DNA of 64,000 nt from Yuukianura sp. NJ FZ-2021 (lineage: Eukaryota): contig CM102284.1 of NCBI GenBank assembly GCA_046563655.1, positions 8,990,001-9,054,000 on the forward strand, read 5' to 3'. This document shows, piece by piece, positions 11,316 through 22,795 of the stretch (within the stretch, counting starts at the first letter, position 1; each line of letters opens with the position of its first letter). The notes under the pieces are model-generated. The model made no database searches. It worked only from the letters and a program-made list of their open reading frames with translations, and was not told where the DNA came from. The translations under genes and the position numbers were made by a program.

Positions 11316-12321
11316 ATGAGCAGTGTTTCTGGAAAAGTAGAATTTGAACGGCTCTGGCCAGTTCCAGCTGATGACAGTAAAATTCCGACTGCAGAGTTCC
11401 TAGATGCTTGCCAAGTTGTACTCCAAGTCTTAAGTAAATCGATTAATCAATTAAAGATTCCCAATGAATCAATCGATTCACAATTGCTAATTACAAAACT
11501 TGGTTATGTGTACAGGTAGTATGGGCTCTCTATTCCAACCGGTCAAAAAAGATGTCGAAGGAAATGTCAATGTAAGTTCCAATTTTTCGTGCTCATTTCG
11601 ATACAAAATTGTTGTTATTTTTCAATAATTGATTATAAGTTGCTGTTTTTGTAGAAATTAATGCTGAATTGCTGTTTTTGTAGAAATTAATGCTGAAATA
11701 CAATCACAACCGGCCGAAGTATGCTACGCTGCAAGCTCTCATTTTCCTGGATCCGGCTCCATCCAAACCATCGTCAACTGATTTACCATGCGCAGTAGAT
11801 TCGCTCAAATGGCTAAAACGGTAAGTCGAAACAAAAACAAAGTGCTGAAATTTTGAAAATGCACCGAATTTAGAAACTTTTTGAATCAGGGGCCTTCATT
11901 TTGTGTACCTTTTACTGGATAATGTCGTTGAGCATTACGACAAGCACGGTGAAGAGAACAGTCTGATGGAAGCTTGCCTACAAGCCTACGAAATCTCGCT
12001 CAAAAATTACCACAACTGGGTCGTTCAGAAGTTTGCGGTTACCTGTGTAAGCAAAAATTGCAATTTCTACTGAAGTTTTTAGAAATTTTTCATCGCGGTT
12101 TTCATATTTTTTAATGTGAATTTTCTAATTTTCAGATTCGTACAATTTGTCCCAATCGTCAAGACTTTTTAAAATCGCTTGGAAGTCAAGAGTACGTTGG
12201 ACGGAAGCAGGTTTTTGCTGCCAGCATGCAAAACTTTGTAGATGGCCTCAGAGTCAACTTGGAGATTATTTTCAAAGTGTACTTTGAGGCTGGTTACGAC
12301 ACAGTTGCTACGCTCAAATGA
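11316..12321 (+). CDS. GLTP: Glycolipid transfer protein family member
   Basis: Spliced translation gives KIPTAEFLDAC...FQPVKKDVEGNVNKL...SLKWLKRGLHF...AYEISLKNYHNWVVQK...CPNRQDFL, matching GLTP-fold signature motifs; 5 coding exons. Confidence 0.88.
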
Positions 12322-12555
12322 GTTACAACTGTGTTAACTGTGTTCTGAATCACAGTCTGTGATTGGACCAATTCTGGGGAATACTACTGTTACTGAGGGA
12401 GGTTCAAAATACTGTCGATCTCAATTTCTCTTGTAACAGCATTTAATTAACCCTGAATTGACCCTTACCAAAAACAAATCCGAAAGTATTCATAAAATGA
12501 CGTAAAACGTCCACTTTTGATTTTGAAACTCAGGATTTTCTAAATGTTTTTTCGT

Positions 12556-13294
12556 CTATTGTCTCTTTTCCTTTTGCTTGGGCTGAAACCGAATCGTTTC
12601 GAAGGCTGGAAGTGTAGAATCGGTTCGACTTCTGACGAAAGCTCTGAGAAAGCGATGGTGACAGACGACTGCCACGAATTCAGCGATTAGCAGCGTCATC
12701 TGGATGGAGCTGATGATGATATGGAAGTAACGTGGAGGAGCAGCGTAGGCGTCCGTCACCAAGAGAGATGTCAAGGCTCCGATGACCAAAACTGTCATGG
12801 TTTTCGTTCCAGTGAACAGATATGACTGGAAGTAAAAATAAAATGAAAATCAGCATCAACTTTAGAATTTTGAAACATGAAATTTCAAACTTTGAAACTT
12901 GCGTTTTGATTGGTTGTGGCATTCCGACAAATGTAGAATCGGAAAATGTTGATGCTTGTGAGTAGAACTAGAGAACACAAAGTCACGTACTTGTGCAAGT
13001 ATTTCATTTCCGGTAACTAAAATTCAAAAACAAAATGAAATTTTGCATTTATGAAACTATGATTGAATTCAAAATTTAAAAAAAAATGCTTTTCGAAAAA
13101 CGCACGATGACATGGAGAGTGGAACAGTACAGGAGGAACCAGAGGACGAAGAATGCAAAAGAAGCATTGGACAACATTGCCACGATCAGAGACGTTGTAG
13201 ATCCAATTGTAACTGGTAAAGAAAATACACAAAGGTCAAGGTCAAGCCGGGGTCACGTGAACCTTAATAACTAACCATTATTAGAATAGAACAT
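12556..13294 (-). CDS. 4-TM protein resembling TMEM17/TMEM216/TMEM80 family (ciliary transition zone)
   Basis: Exons ~13294-13276, ~13212-13106, 13016-12903 (GC donor) and ~12825-12556 splice in frame: MFYSNNVTIGSTTSLIVAMLSNASFAFFVLWF...SINIFRFYICRNA...LLIAEFVAV. Four hydrophobic helices; family assignment from remembered pattern only. Confidence 0.55.
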
Positions 13295-13309
13295 CTATAT
13301 AATTCTATA

Positions 13310-13378
13310 AGCTATAATAATAATAACAATAATAATTATAATAATAACAATAATAATTATAATAATAACTATAATAAC
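13310..13378. repeat. (AAT)n-rich microsatellite
   Basis: ATAATAATAACAATAATAATTAT-type repeats. Confidence 0.8.
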
Positions 13379-13425
13379 GTTTTATAGAATTATCGCAGAA
13401 ACAGTGAGTGTCGGTTGCACCGAAG

Positions 13426-14733
13426 TCACAGTGTGATCTGTGTTGATTTTGTACATGTCGTGCGGACTGCTATCCAAAAAGTGGACCCTCGATTTTGGCC
13501 GGATGCTATGCGGATATTATGCGGAACAAAAAGGTTCCTGCCTTTTTTCAACTTTTTTTGTGACGTCACTTGCTTCAACTTTGTGACGTCACTCATTCCG
13601 TTCCCTGGCATTCTTTTTTCAATGCAACGAGAAAATAAATTACTTTTCAGTTGACGTTCAACTGTTATAATGGAAATTTCAGTTTTCAAAATTTTGAATT
13701 TCTCAAATGTCTAAAACTTTTAACTGTATTAAATAATTTCTTCAGTATGAATAATAATTTACGCAATATGTCAAATATAATTAAATAAGATGGTTTTCTT
13801 ACAGTTGTTTTGTAGAATACTTTGATTTCCGGATGTGCTGAATGATTTGCGAGAATCTTCTTCTTGTTGCTCCTCTTTCCATTTCAGAACAGCATCTTCT
13901 TCTGTGTCCAAATCCTTCTCAAATGCTGGATTTTCATATTCCAAGGTCAAGTTCGACCTGGACGAAGAGGTCACAAGTCGTCCAGTGTCAGACATTTCTG
14001 GAACTTGCGATTGCGCAGAAGTGGGCTTGGTCTTGGGCCAAATCAAGGCTCTGGTCCGACGAAACGACACTTCCGATCGGAATCGCTGAAACCAATTTGT
14101 GATTGACCTTGATTTGCGGTATCGTCGAGGTCGGTTTGGAGCTTGGAAGCTGATCGCTTCTGGACTCAGCAGTTGACGCTGAACTTTTCCTAACTTGTGT
14201 CTTAGCACTTCTGATTTTTCTTGTCGAAAAGAGTAGAACGTGTCATTCAGGTCTAAAATTAGTTCAATTTTAAAGAATTTTTCAAAATTTGGGTTTCAAT
14301 TTCCAAAACAAAGGTTAAGCAAAGCTACTAAGCGTGTACCATGCCAAGCACTGCCTAAATTCGTGTAAGCAACGAAGCGCTCGAAGCGATTTCGTGTTTG
14401 CACAGGATTTTCAACTTCAATGACCTCTGCAGCGTCTGGTGTTTCAATTTGGTCCAAATTCAAAGGAATCCACTTTGATTGACCGATTTCTTGCCTCGCT
14501 TTGCGTTCAATGTCGGATCGTCCACAGCGACATGGTTTGTAGTACGCAGAGCCAGGCTCCTCCCCCAGCAGAAACTGACTATTGCAATCCTTACAGCGCT
14601 TCACACGAATCAGCGACTGCTGTTGACCTTTGACCTTGGCTTTTCCAGAAGCGGGATTCCGGAACTTCGCTGCTCCAGTCCGACTTTTTCGGTTCGGAAC
14701 ATCCGAACTTGTAGTTGTCGCCTCGTCAGCCAT
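13426..14733 (-). CDS. Uncharacterised hydrophilic/basic protein, 3 exons
   Basis: ORFs 14296-14748, 13771-14208 and 13426-13689 join through phase-1 GT-AG introns (CATG|GTACAC..TTAG|AC; AACT|GTAAG..ACAG|TT); CxxC...CxC near the N terminus; no family recognised. Confidence 0.6.
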
Positions 14734-15297
14734 ATTCCGAAGCGTCAAAAAAAGTTTAAGGTATAGCCGTGCAGTGCAGTGCTAAAATTCGGTTCAACAA
14801 AAAACCATCCAGCAAAAGCTTGTCTACATCGCAAAAAAAAATTATGAAAATAAAATTAACGTTAATAAATGCGACAATTACCTCAAGTTTTCCACTCTAC
14901 ACGGTGCCCCAAAATATTTTGATTTGAAATCCACGATTGATCGATTGATCATGGGAAAAGTGGTGATTCACAGTTTTCTTCTGCTACTTTTAACATGTTT
15001 TGCAATTTTTTGAAATGGTTGCCTTGACAACGCCGAGTTTCCAACTATTCCATGCAACTCTATTCATCTCTTCCCAAACGCGCATGGTTAGGTTAATATC
15101 CGAGTTTATTCCGTAGAAAAACTCCAATTGTACTAAAGAAATAAGGTGTGTCACGATCTTTAAATTTTTCAATTAGTCTGCACAATTCATAAGCAAATTT
15201 TCGAAATATCGGTTTGATCAAAAAGCTAAGAAAAATCTAAACTTCACCAATGAGAGAGTGAAATTTTTTAAAAAGAAACAGCGATTTAGTTAAATTT

Positions 15298-18200
15298 TCA
15301 TTTCAAAGTGACGGAATTTGATGCTTTAAGTTCAATATGATCCACAATCCCTTCACCCATAACTTGAATCTCCTCCAGAATTCCGTCAACGTCAATCACA
15401 AGACTCTTCCCATCTTTTCCAAGCTTCTTACCCCGAACTTGCGAAATCTAAAACAAAAACAAACATTAGGCTTTCAAAATTGAAAATTTCAAAGTTCGAA
15501 ATTTCAAAAAATAACTTTAGCTTTTCTAGTTACCTCAAAATTACGAGATTTCAGCGCCTCCGGCTTCCACGCAAACGCAATAAAGTTGCCACCACAGACA
15601 TCGTTCACAAAATTGCAAAGATGACCAAACGCTTCTCTCAGTTCTTGGAAATACATTTTAACCGGATCGAATCCCACCACCGGCATGACTTCATCTTCCG
15701 ACTTTTTGTACTCTGCAAATTTCAAACCCGTTCCAGCCCCAGCATCAGCGATTGAGCCACACTTCTTCACAATCATCCCTTTTTTGATCCAAATAATCAC
15801 ATCAAACACTTTGGTCGACGGTGTAAACAGTTTCCTCCATTTCAAATTTCCTTGATCGCTAGCACTGCTTGCGCTGAGCTCCATCAGAAGACAATCGCTT
15901 GCAAACTTCGCCAGTACTCCAGCTCTCAGCAGTATCGTTTGGGAAAGATGCTTGGTCCACACAGATCCATGTTTATCTTCTGGTGTTGAAATAAACAGCA
16001 ACGGAAGTGTTTCACGGCGCTTGACGAAATCGATTTCGATTTTTTCGATTTCAGCTTTGTTCAATTTCGAGTTAAAATTGAGTATGAAAGAAGTCGATTT
16101 CCAGTCAGTGTTTCCCAGTAGATTTAGAAATCGGAGAAAACCGAGTTGTGCTTCATTCGGTGGGTGTAAAAATGGAGCTGGTTGGAGAAAAAGTGAAGCG
16201 ACGAGAAGTTCAATTGATTCTTCAGTGAATCTGTGATCGTGATGTCTGTTGCTTGCAGAATGATCAAAGGAATTTGCCAGAAGAAGGTGGGATGCAATCC
16301 AGCGTTTGGCTAGGCGACAAGTCCGGCCAAAGGCTCCAAACTGACGATGAAGTGACAATAGAGTGCTTGAGAGTTGTGGCAAAATCAGCGATTCACGTTC
16401 GAGCACAAGCGATTCTGGGTTGTCACGTGACCGTAAAATTCCATCGTCTCCGCGTAACTGCTTCAACAGTATCAACTCCCGGAAGTACGTCAACCGAATT
16501 TGAAATATAAATCCATCCTGCAAAGTTCAACGTTCAAAATTTTCATTTTATCTAAAATTTTATAAAAAGTATCAAAATTTTGAAAATACCTTCAAAACCA
16601 GGAGATGTCTAGAGAAGAACTGAACCGTAAAACTGAATTGTTCTTGCAGTAATTGACCAATTCTGATTAAAAATGCACATTTGAGGCGCTCGATGGCTTG
16701 AATATCGTCTGGCCATTTTCCACTCGACTCCAGTTGTACGACGACTCCAATTGGTTCAACATGCTTCGGTATTTTTGAAAGTTTCTCCCCATCTTCCTCT
16801 GAATCTTTGATTTTCAAATAAGTTCCCATCGCTTCCGTAAGAAACTTGCTAGTTGGGAATCTTTGAGGTGGACTTGGAACGATATTTGAAAAGCGCAGTA
16901 CCGGCGACGTTCCTTGGACAGAAGTGATGTTCAGCGGCAGTCCTTCGAGCTGTCTCAAAGCTTTACTCAGGCTATCAAATGACTTTGAAGCCAAAGAAGT
17001 CACTTCGTCTATTCCAATTTTTTCCATTTCCGGTTTCTCTCTTTTCACTCTCGGTGAGTATTTCAGCTTCTTGCGCTTCTTGCCTTTCGATACTTGTGGA
17101 ACATGAACAGATTCAGAGAATTTGATCATAGTGAGCTCCGGTTCAAGAAGTCTATCGAGTTGTCCATCCAAGTAGTCCTCAGTGTCATCTTGAAGTGAAA
17201 TGCCGAGATGCTTGTCCAGTATGTACTTGACCATTTGAAAAGGAATTCGATCTTTGTTGTCTTGGTCTTCAAAGGTAACTGACTCCGTGAGAGTGCCATC
17301 CATGAATCGTCGCAGTAGAGATTTTTCACCCCAGAACTCCTTGAAGGCTTGACAAGCAGCACCGTCTTCCGACTCACATTTTTCGACCATTTTGAAAGCC
17401 AAGTCACGATTGATTATAATTCCGAACCGAACAACAAATGATTCCTGAACTGTTTCAGTGATGTCCCAAACGGGAACTTCTGGAAGTTGGAAGTCAATTG
17501 ACTTGGCTCTGTCGCCCAAGCATCGTTGGATCAGCGGCCCAACAGTTCTGGACACAAGGGGAACGTGGAATCCAGAAAAATTTAGATAATGGGAGTTCAA
17601 CTTTTCAGATGCTTTGATTCTCAACAGAAGATCTTCATCAACTTTCAATCTGAAACACAAAAAAGTAAAAAAAAAATGTTTCAATGTCAAAAATGGCTCG
17701 TAGAGTTCAAATTCTCAGACTTACTGCAAAATGTTGTCGAAGTTCAAGAAAAACGGAACTTTCGTGATGAACATCGACTGGAATCCCAAGGTCGTAGCAG
17801 AATTCAAGTGATCCAGAGCCAGTTTCGCCTCTTTTCGAACTCTGTTGAACGTAAAATGGGACATGTTTGTGGCATAGTTCAACTGACACGATGGATCCAA
17901 GAAGACAACTTCATGGGCAGCGTGCCATTCTTCTAGTGTCGATTTCTCAATCTCATCAAAAGTTAGTCCATTGTTGCACCAGTCAAGTTGGGACAAGTTG
18001 ACCAAAACGATTCTTATGATTTGGTAACTGCTCATGTTCATGTGAATTTTCTTGTTATGGGCCAAATATGCCACGAACATAGTCATGATGAAACCTGAGA
18101 AAGATCCAAATCCCTGGAATCACACAAAACAAACAAAAGTGGTCATCTATGCGTCAAAAGTGAATCTTTGAATTAACAAGGTCAATTTCAAGGTCAAAGG

Positions 18201-19613
18201 TCAATGCGAAAGGTAAATTTCAAAGTTAAAGGTCAATGTCAAAGGTCAATGTTTACCTGACTAAGGGAACGCTGTGCCAACCAAACTTTGAGTAACTTGA
18301 TAGCATCACAAACTGACTGAGATTTCGTGATTGATTCCAGTATTTCATGTGATGAGTGGAACAGCATGTCATGAAGTATGCTCTGATTGTAAGCAGGAGT
18401 TGGAGCACCTAAAAAGTAGAAAGTTTTTGAAAGTTTGATTTGGAAAATATTTTTTTAAAAAGATTATCCTGTACCTGTCTCTTCCCCTTCGAGTGTTGTC
18501 CCGAGAAAGTAGTCTGCTCTGACGTTGTTACGAGTTGGAGCTAAGCGATTAACTGGAAACTTGTCAAAAGACTGCGGTAGAATAAAGTGAATTCGAACAA
18601 ACAGCAGTTTCTTGAACTTGATGAAAACTGAAAGAATTGGTTTGAGTGGATCTCCGTTGAAGTAGGAAAACTTAACGTCGTCACCCAAATTTCTCAGTTT
18701 CTTGGCAACATATGCCACGTAGAGGGCTCTCTTGTAGTGATAAACGTGATTCAGTATGTCCGTCTTGTGGAAGAGACTCTGCAAACAGCCAATAAATCAT
18801 GAATCACTAATGGATTTTGTAGTTTTGAATATCGAAGATCTTACCGATGGCATTTCTACTGCAATGTCAAGGGCTGACAGCTTGCCCACGGCAGTATTTG
18901 TACACCAAGATCCAATTTCTTGAATTGACTCGGGCTTTGACCATTGGAAAGTGCTTTTATCCGCCCGTTTAGGATTGATGTCAGATGGAAACGGAAGTTT
19001 GATGTCGCCCAACAATTTCTTACAGGAGTTTAACTGGAAAGAATAACAAAAAAGTTAAAAAATTTGGTCCATGAGCGATTCTAATAACAAACAAGAAAAT
19101 TTGAAGAATTTGAAAATGCTTAAATCTCACAGGGTACGACTTCGATGGCTTTGAAGTGTCCAGTAGAGTCCTGAATCCGGTCAGCCATTCCTGGATTTTA
19201 ACTCGTACTTTTGATTTCACGAGGACTTCACTCAGTAACTCATCAATCTAGAACACAGAGATGAATGATTGAAAGTTAATTAACAACTGAATTCATGATT
19301 TATTGATTTATCGTACCTGAAAACGGTACAAGTTCGACTGGCCCAGAACTTCCGATTCTTGCAGCTCCTTGATCTGTCTCGACGACAATTTCGGATTTCC
19401 TTTAGCATCTAGCTCAACACCTTTTCGCTTCCGTTTCTTCTTCTTCGTTTTAGTAGCCGTACCGGCTGATGTCGCCGAAAACATATCCCCGTCGTCGTCT
19501 AATTCTGCTTCATCGTCCGACTCCGATCCACTGTCCATGTCATCCACTTCCATCCTTTCGTCTTCGTCATCCTCCACCGAACTTCCAACATCGTCATTTT
19601 CCCAATCCATCAT
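15298..19613 (-). CDS. NOL6: Nucleolar protein 6 (Nrap/Utp22)
   Basis: Acidic N terminus; YHYKRALY, APTPAYNQS, LLKVWLAQR, FWGEKSLLRRFMDGTLTESV, LESSGKWPDDIQAI, RLAKRWIASH and VGFDPV motifs; multi-exon. Confidence 0.93.
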
Positions 19614-20571
19614 ATGCAAAATTCAATCCTAAAAAAATCAAAAATACGTTCAGTTGAACCGTACATTTAAAATTTGGCATCTCATCCGACCATTCTTTAA
19701 ACTTCAAAACTCATGTCTTACCTTTCTTAATCTTCGCAGAGCAAATAGTTTTTGCTACACCAACTAAAGATGCAGCGGAAGCATACTAATTAACTAAACT
19801 AATTAACACAACTAATCAATCACCTTCACCTGAAAGAACTAACAACAGAAAGAGAAGAAACAAGGAGAACGTGCTTAGCTGAGCATCGAAGCTAAACCAA
19901 AAAACTTTTTTTGCGAAGTAGAGAAATTGAGAAAATAAAGCTTCGCGCCGGAAACTTGTTCATGAATTGTACTTTCAAAAAAGTCTTTTTTTGAAGAAAC
20001 TCAGCTTCTTAAAAAACGTTTTGAAAGCGACGGACAATAAGTTAATTGAGCAGTCTTTAATTTATTAATTAACGTACTCAACATGTATTTAAACTCTGAA
20101 TATTTAGACAAATAAACTCATACAAGAATGGGTAAGGCAAGGCACATGGAACAATTTAGGCCAAATGAAAACTGCGTTGTGCATTTTGTGGTTAGTTGGT
20201 TGGATTTTGATTACCAGTGGCTAACTAATTACCAAAATTTTATAACATAAACGTTTAGCGTACTACTGAAAAAACTAAGAACTAAGAAGGTATTTCCTAT
20301 TTTTGTGCCTTTTTGTTAACAAGTTTTAGAAAAAGATAAGAAAAACTATTTAGTTGTGCTGTAGAATACAAGAATAACTTTGAAAAATCTAAACATTCAA
20401 TCACATCATACACGGTTAATCATACTTCATCAGTAATTAACCAAATTAATTAACGAAAACTAGATATTTCGTTGAGTTGTCTGGAATTCCGTAAGGTTGG
20501 AGTGCAGTCAGTAACCATTTTGAGTTATTTCCAAGGAACTTTGAGCCCAGTCTGAACAATCACCAGCATTT

Positions 20572-21962
20572 TCAGAATCTCCCGCCATTTTTTGGCGGTT
20601 GAGTGCTCGGAGGCAGAGTGGAATAAGGTGGTGGAGGATCAGAATACATCGGTGGAGGTGCCGAAGGAGCGTAGGGCAGTTGCTGCTGGCCAAAATCCGG
20701 CTCAACCGGAAGTGGAGGCAGTGGACGGGCACTGGGTCCTTGGTTTTCGTAGCGCGGAGCTTGAGCAGTAGCAGTGGAACGCTGTGGACGGTTTGGAATG
20801 TTGGTTTGAGCAGACAGCAAAGGTTGAGTGACGCTTGTATTGTGGATGTTGACAATAGCAGTACCCCTGGGGTTGTTCGTAGTAATGACAGTAGTTCTAC
20901 TTGGTCGGACTCCAGAAGGTGCTGCTGGACGGGGTCCCTGGGAACCAATTCGGACATTGTTGACGATTCCATCGGGCGGAAGTAGGACAGTGGACGGTCC
21001 ATGGACATTCGGACGCGGCCGTTCCGGACTTGAACACAAGTAGATAATTCCATTGAGCACAAACAAAACCTGAAATGATAATCAACTAATTGATCTAAAG
21101 CTGATTAGTTTTTGAATAAGTGTTTTAACTATTCTTACCCCCAAAGCGATCTTGATTTCCAGAAACTGACATCCGCGTCGACGCAGGGCAGCCAGTCCAT
21201 CGTAAGCCAAGCATGACGGATACTTTTGTTCCCAAAACGTAAAAGCTTCCAGGAGCAAAGTAGTTCCGCTTACAGTCAATCCAAAACACCAGATGCACTT
21301 GTAGCACAAGTACTAAAATGAAATATTTCAACATGCAAAATTAAACATTTACGTTTTTTTAATGAAACGTTCTTACGCAACAACAATCCCCGATTTTAGT
21401 GCAGAAAAGAGCTGCCAGTATAGATTCCGCAACTACCAAGCATGTCATGACTATGGCAAAAGTGTCAGCTTCAGTAAACATCTCTGGAGGAGTGAACGTA
21501 TATGTGTACATTGTCAGTCCAACACATATGATTCCAACGAACTGAAAATCAAACAATTTTTAATTAGAATCAGCACATTTTTGTTATCACACGCTCTGAG
21601 AACTACTTTTCGTGTTCACTGACTTACCAAGTTGCAAACCTTGATCTTCCAGAAGGCTATTGCCATGTTGTATTGTTATTCTCGTGCAATTGAACTGAAA
21701 AACAATCAAATTCGTCACATGCATTAGATGCAACTGAACTGCAACTAAAATTATGAACACAATCCAAATCAAGGACGACCACGGAAGTATCAGAACTAGA
21801 ACACTTTATGAATTATACTGTGTATCGTCCATTATACATATACGCCCGTAGACTAATCTCAAACTCCCAGTTTTGTCAACACTTTTATACTGACTAGGAG
21901 ACTGACTCTTATACTCGCTACCGAATCTTGATTTCACATGTAAAAACCGTGGATATAAAAAA
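20572..21962 (-). CDS. Multi-pass (about 4 TM) membrane protein with Pro-rich PPxY tail; 5' end uncertain
   Basis: Hydrophobic exons at ~21630-21795, 21375-21542 and 21138-21310; last exon contains SAPPPMYSDPPPPY; start codon not resolved. Confidence 0.6.
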
Positions 21963-22795
21963 CTGGAAACGACGAATGAGTCACCAAGAAATCACAAGAA
22001 ACAAGCCGAGTCAGTCAAACTCCAGCTCAAAAGTATCATAAAAGTTATCTCTGTCCTCTTCGGCATCCCTAATCTCTACAATTACTAATTACTAACGACT
22101 TGTCCGGGACAAGTTGTTCCATCGTCATAACCAGAATCCTTAGCGTCTACAGATGACTGTAAATCTGAACGATTAATAAGAAAAATCAACACTTTTACTA
22201 GGAATTCCGAAGATCGAATGTGACAGGTCACGGTGAATTTGAGAAATGAAACGATGACCGCATGTTTATAATTTTCCTCTTACTAACTAGTTCCTCTAAA
22301 ATTATGACCTGTGACCTCGACCTCTGACCTTATCTTTTCGGGGTTTGTGCGTACTTTCTTCCTCGGTGTCCAGATTCCGCTACAAATCTATGAATAAAAC
22401 AAAACAAAGACAGAGGCACTGAAAAACGAAACTAAACAAACGAAAACAAACTGAACATTTGTTTCATTTTCAATTGAAAAAATAAAAATGATGAATCGAT
22501 GAATGGAAACGTCGAACTCAAATTCAAAAGATAAGAAACGGCGCGAATTTTTAAATTTGAAATTTTGGCGCCTTTCACTTAGCGTCCGTCGCGATCTTAT
22601 GAATATGGAATTCTCACATGAAAAACAGAATCCAAAATTATGTCACAGTTTTCCGTCATTTAGTTTTTTGTTGTGTTTTTAACACTCCAAGTAACCATTC
22701 AAAATCAATAGTTCCCTGTTGCGATTGGTTCCTATAAATGATTTCAGACAACTTTCACCAGTAGCTGTTTCAATTTAATCGATTAGTTTCTCAAA

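Noticed and set aside
20508-21062. 184-aa overlapping alternative-frame ORF
   Set aside because: Shadow frame of the GC-rich Pro-rich exon; the 20572 frame carries the coherent PPxY motifs
22700-22745. RFX X-box upstream of IFT81
   Set aside because: Only weak half-site matches (GTTCCCTGTTGCGAT); not distinguishable from chance
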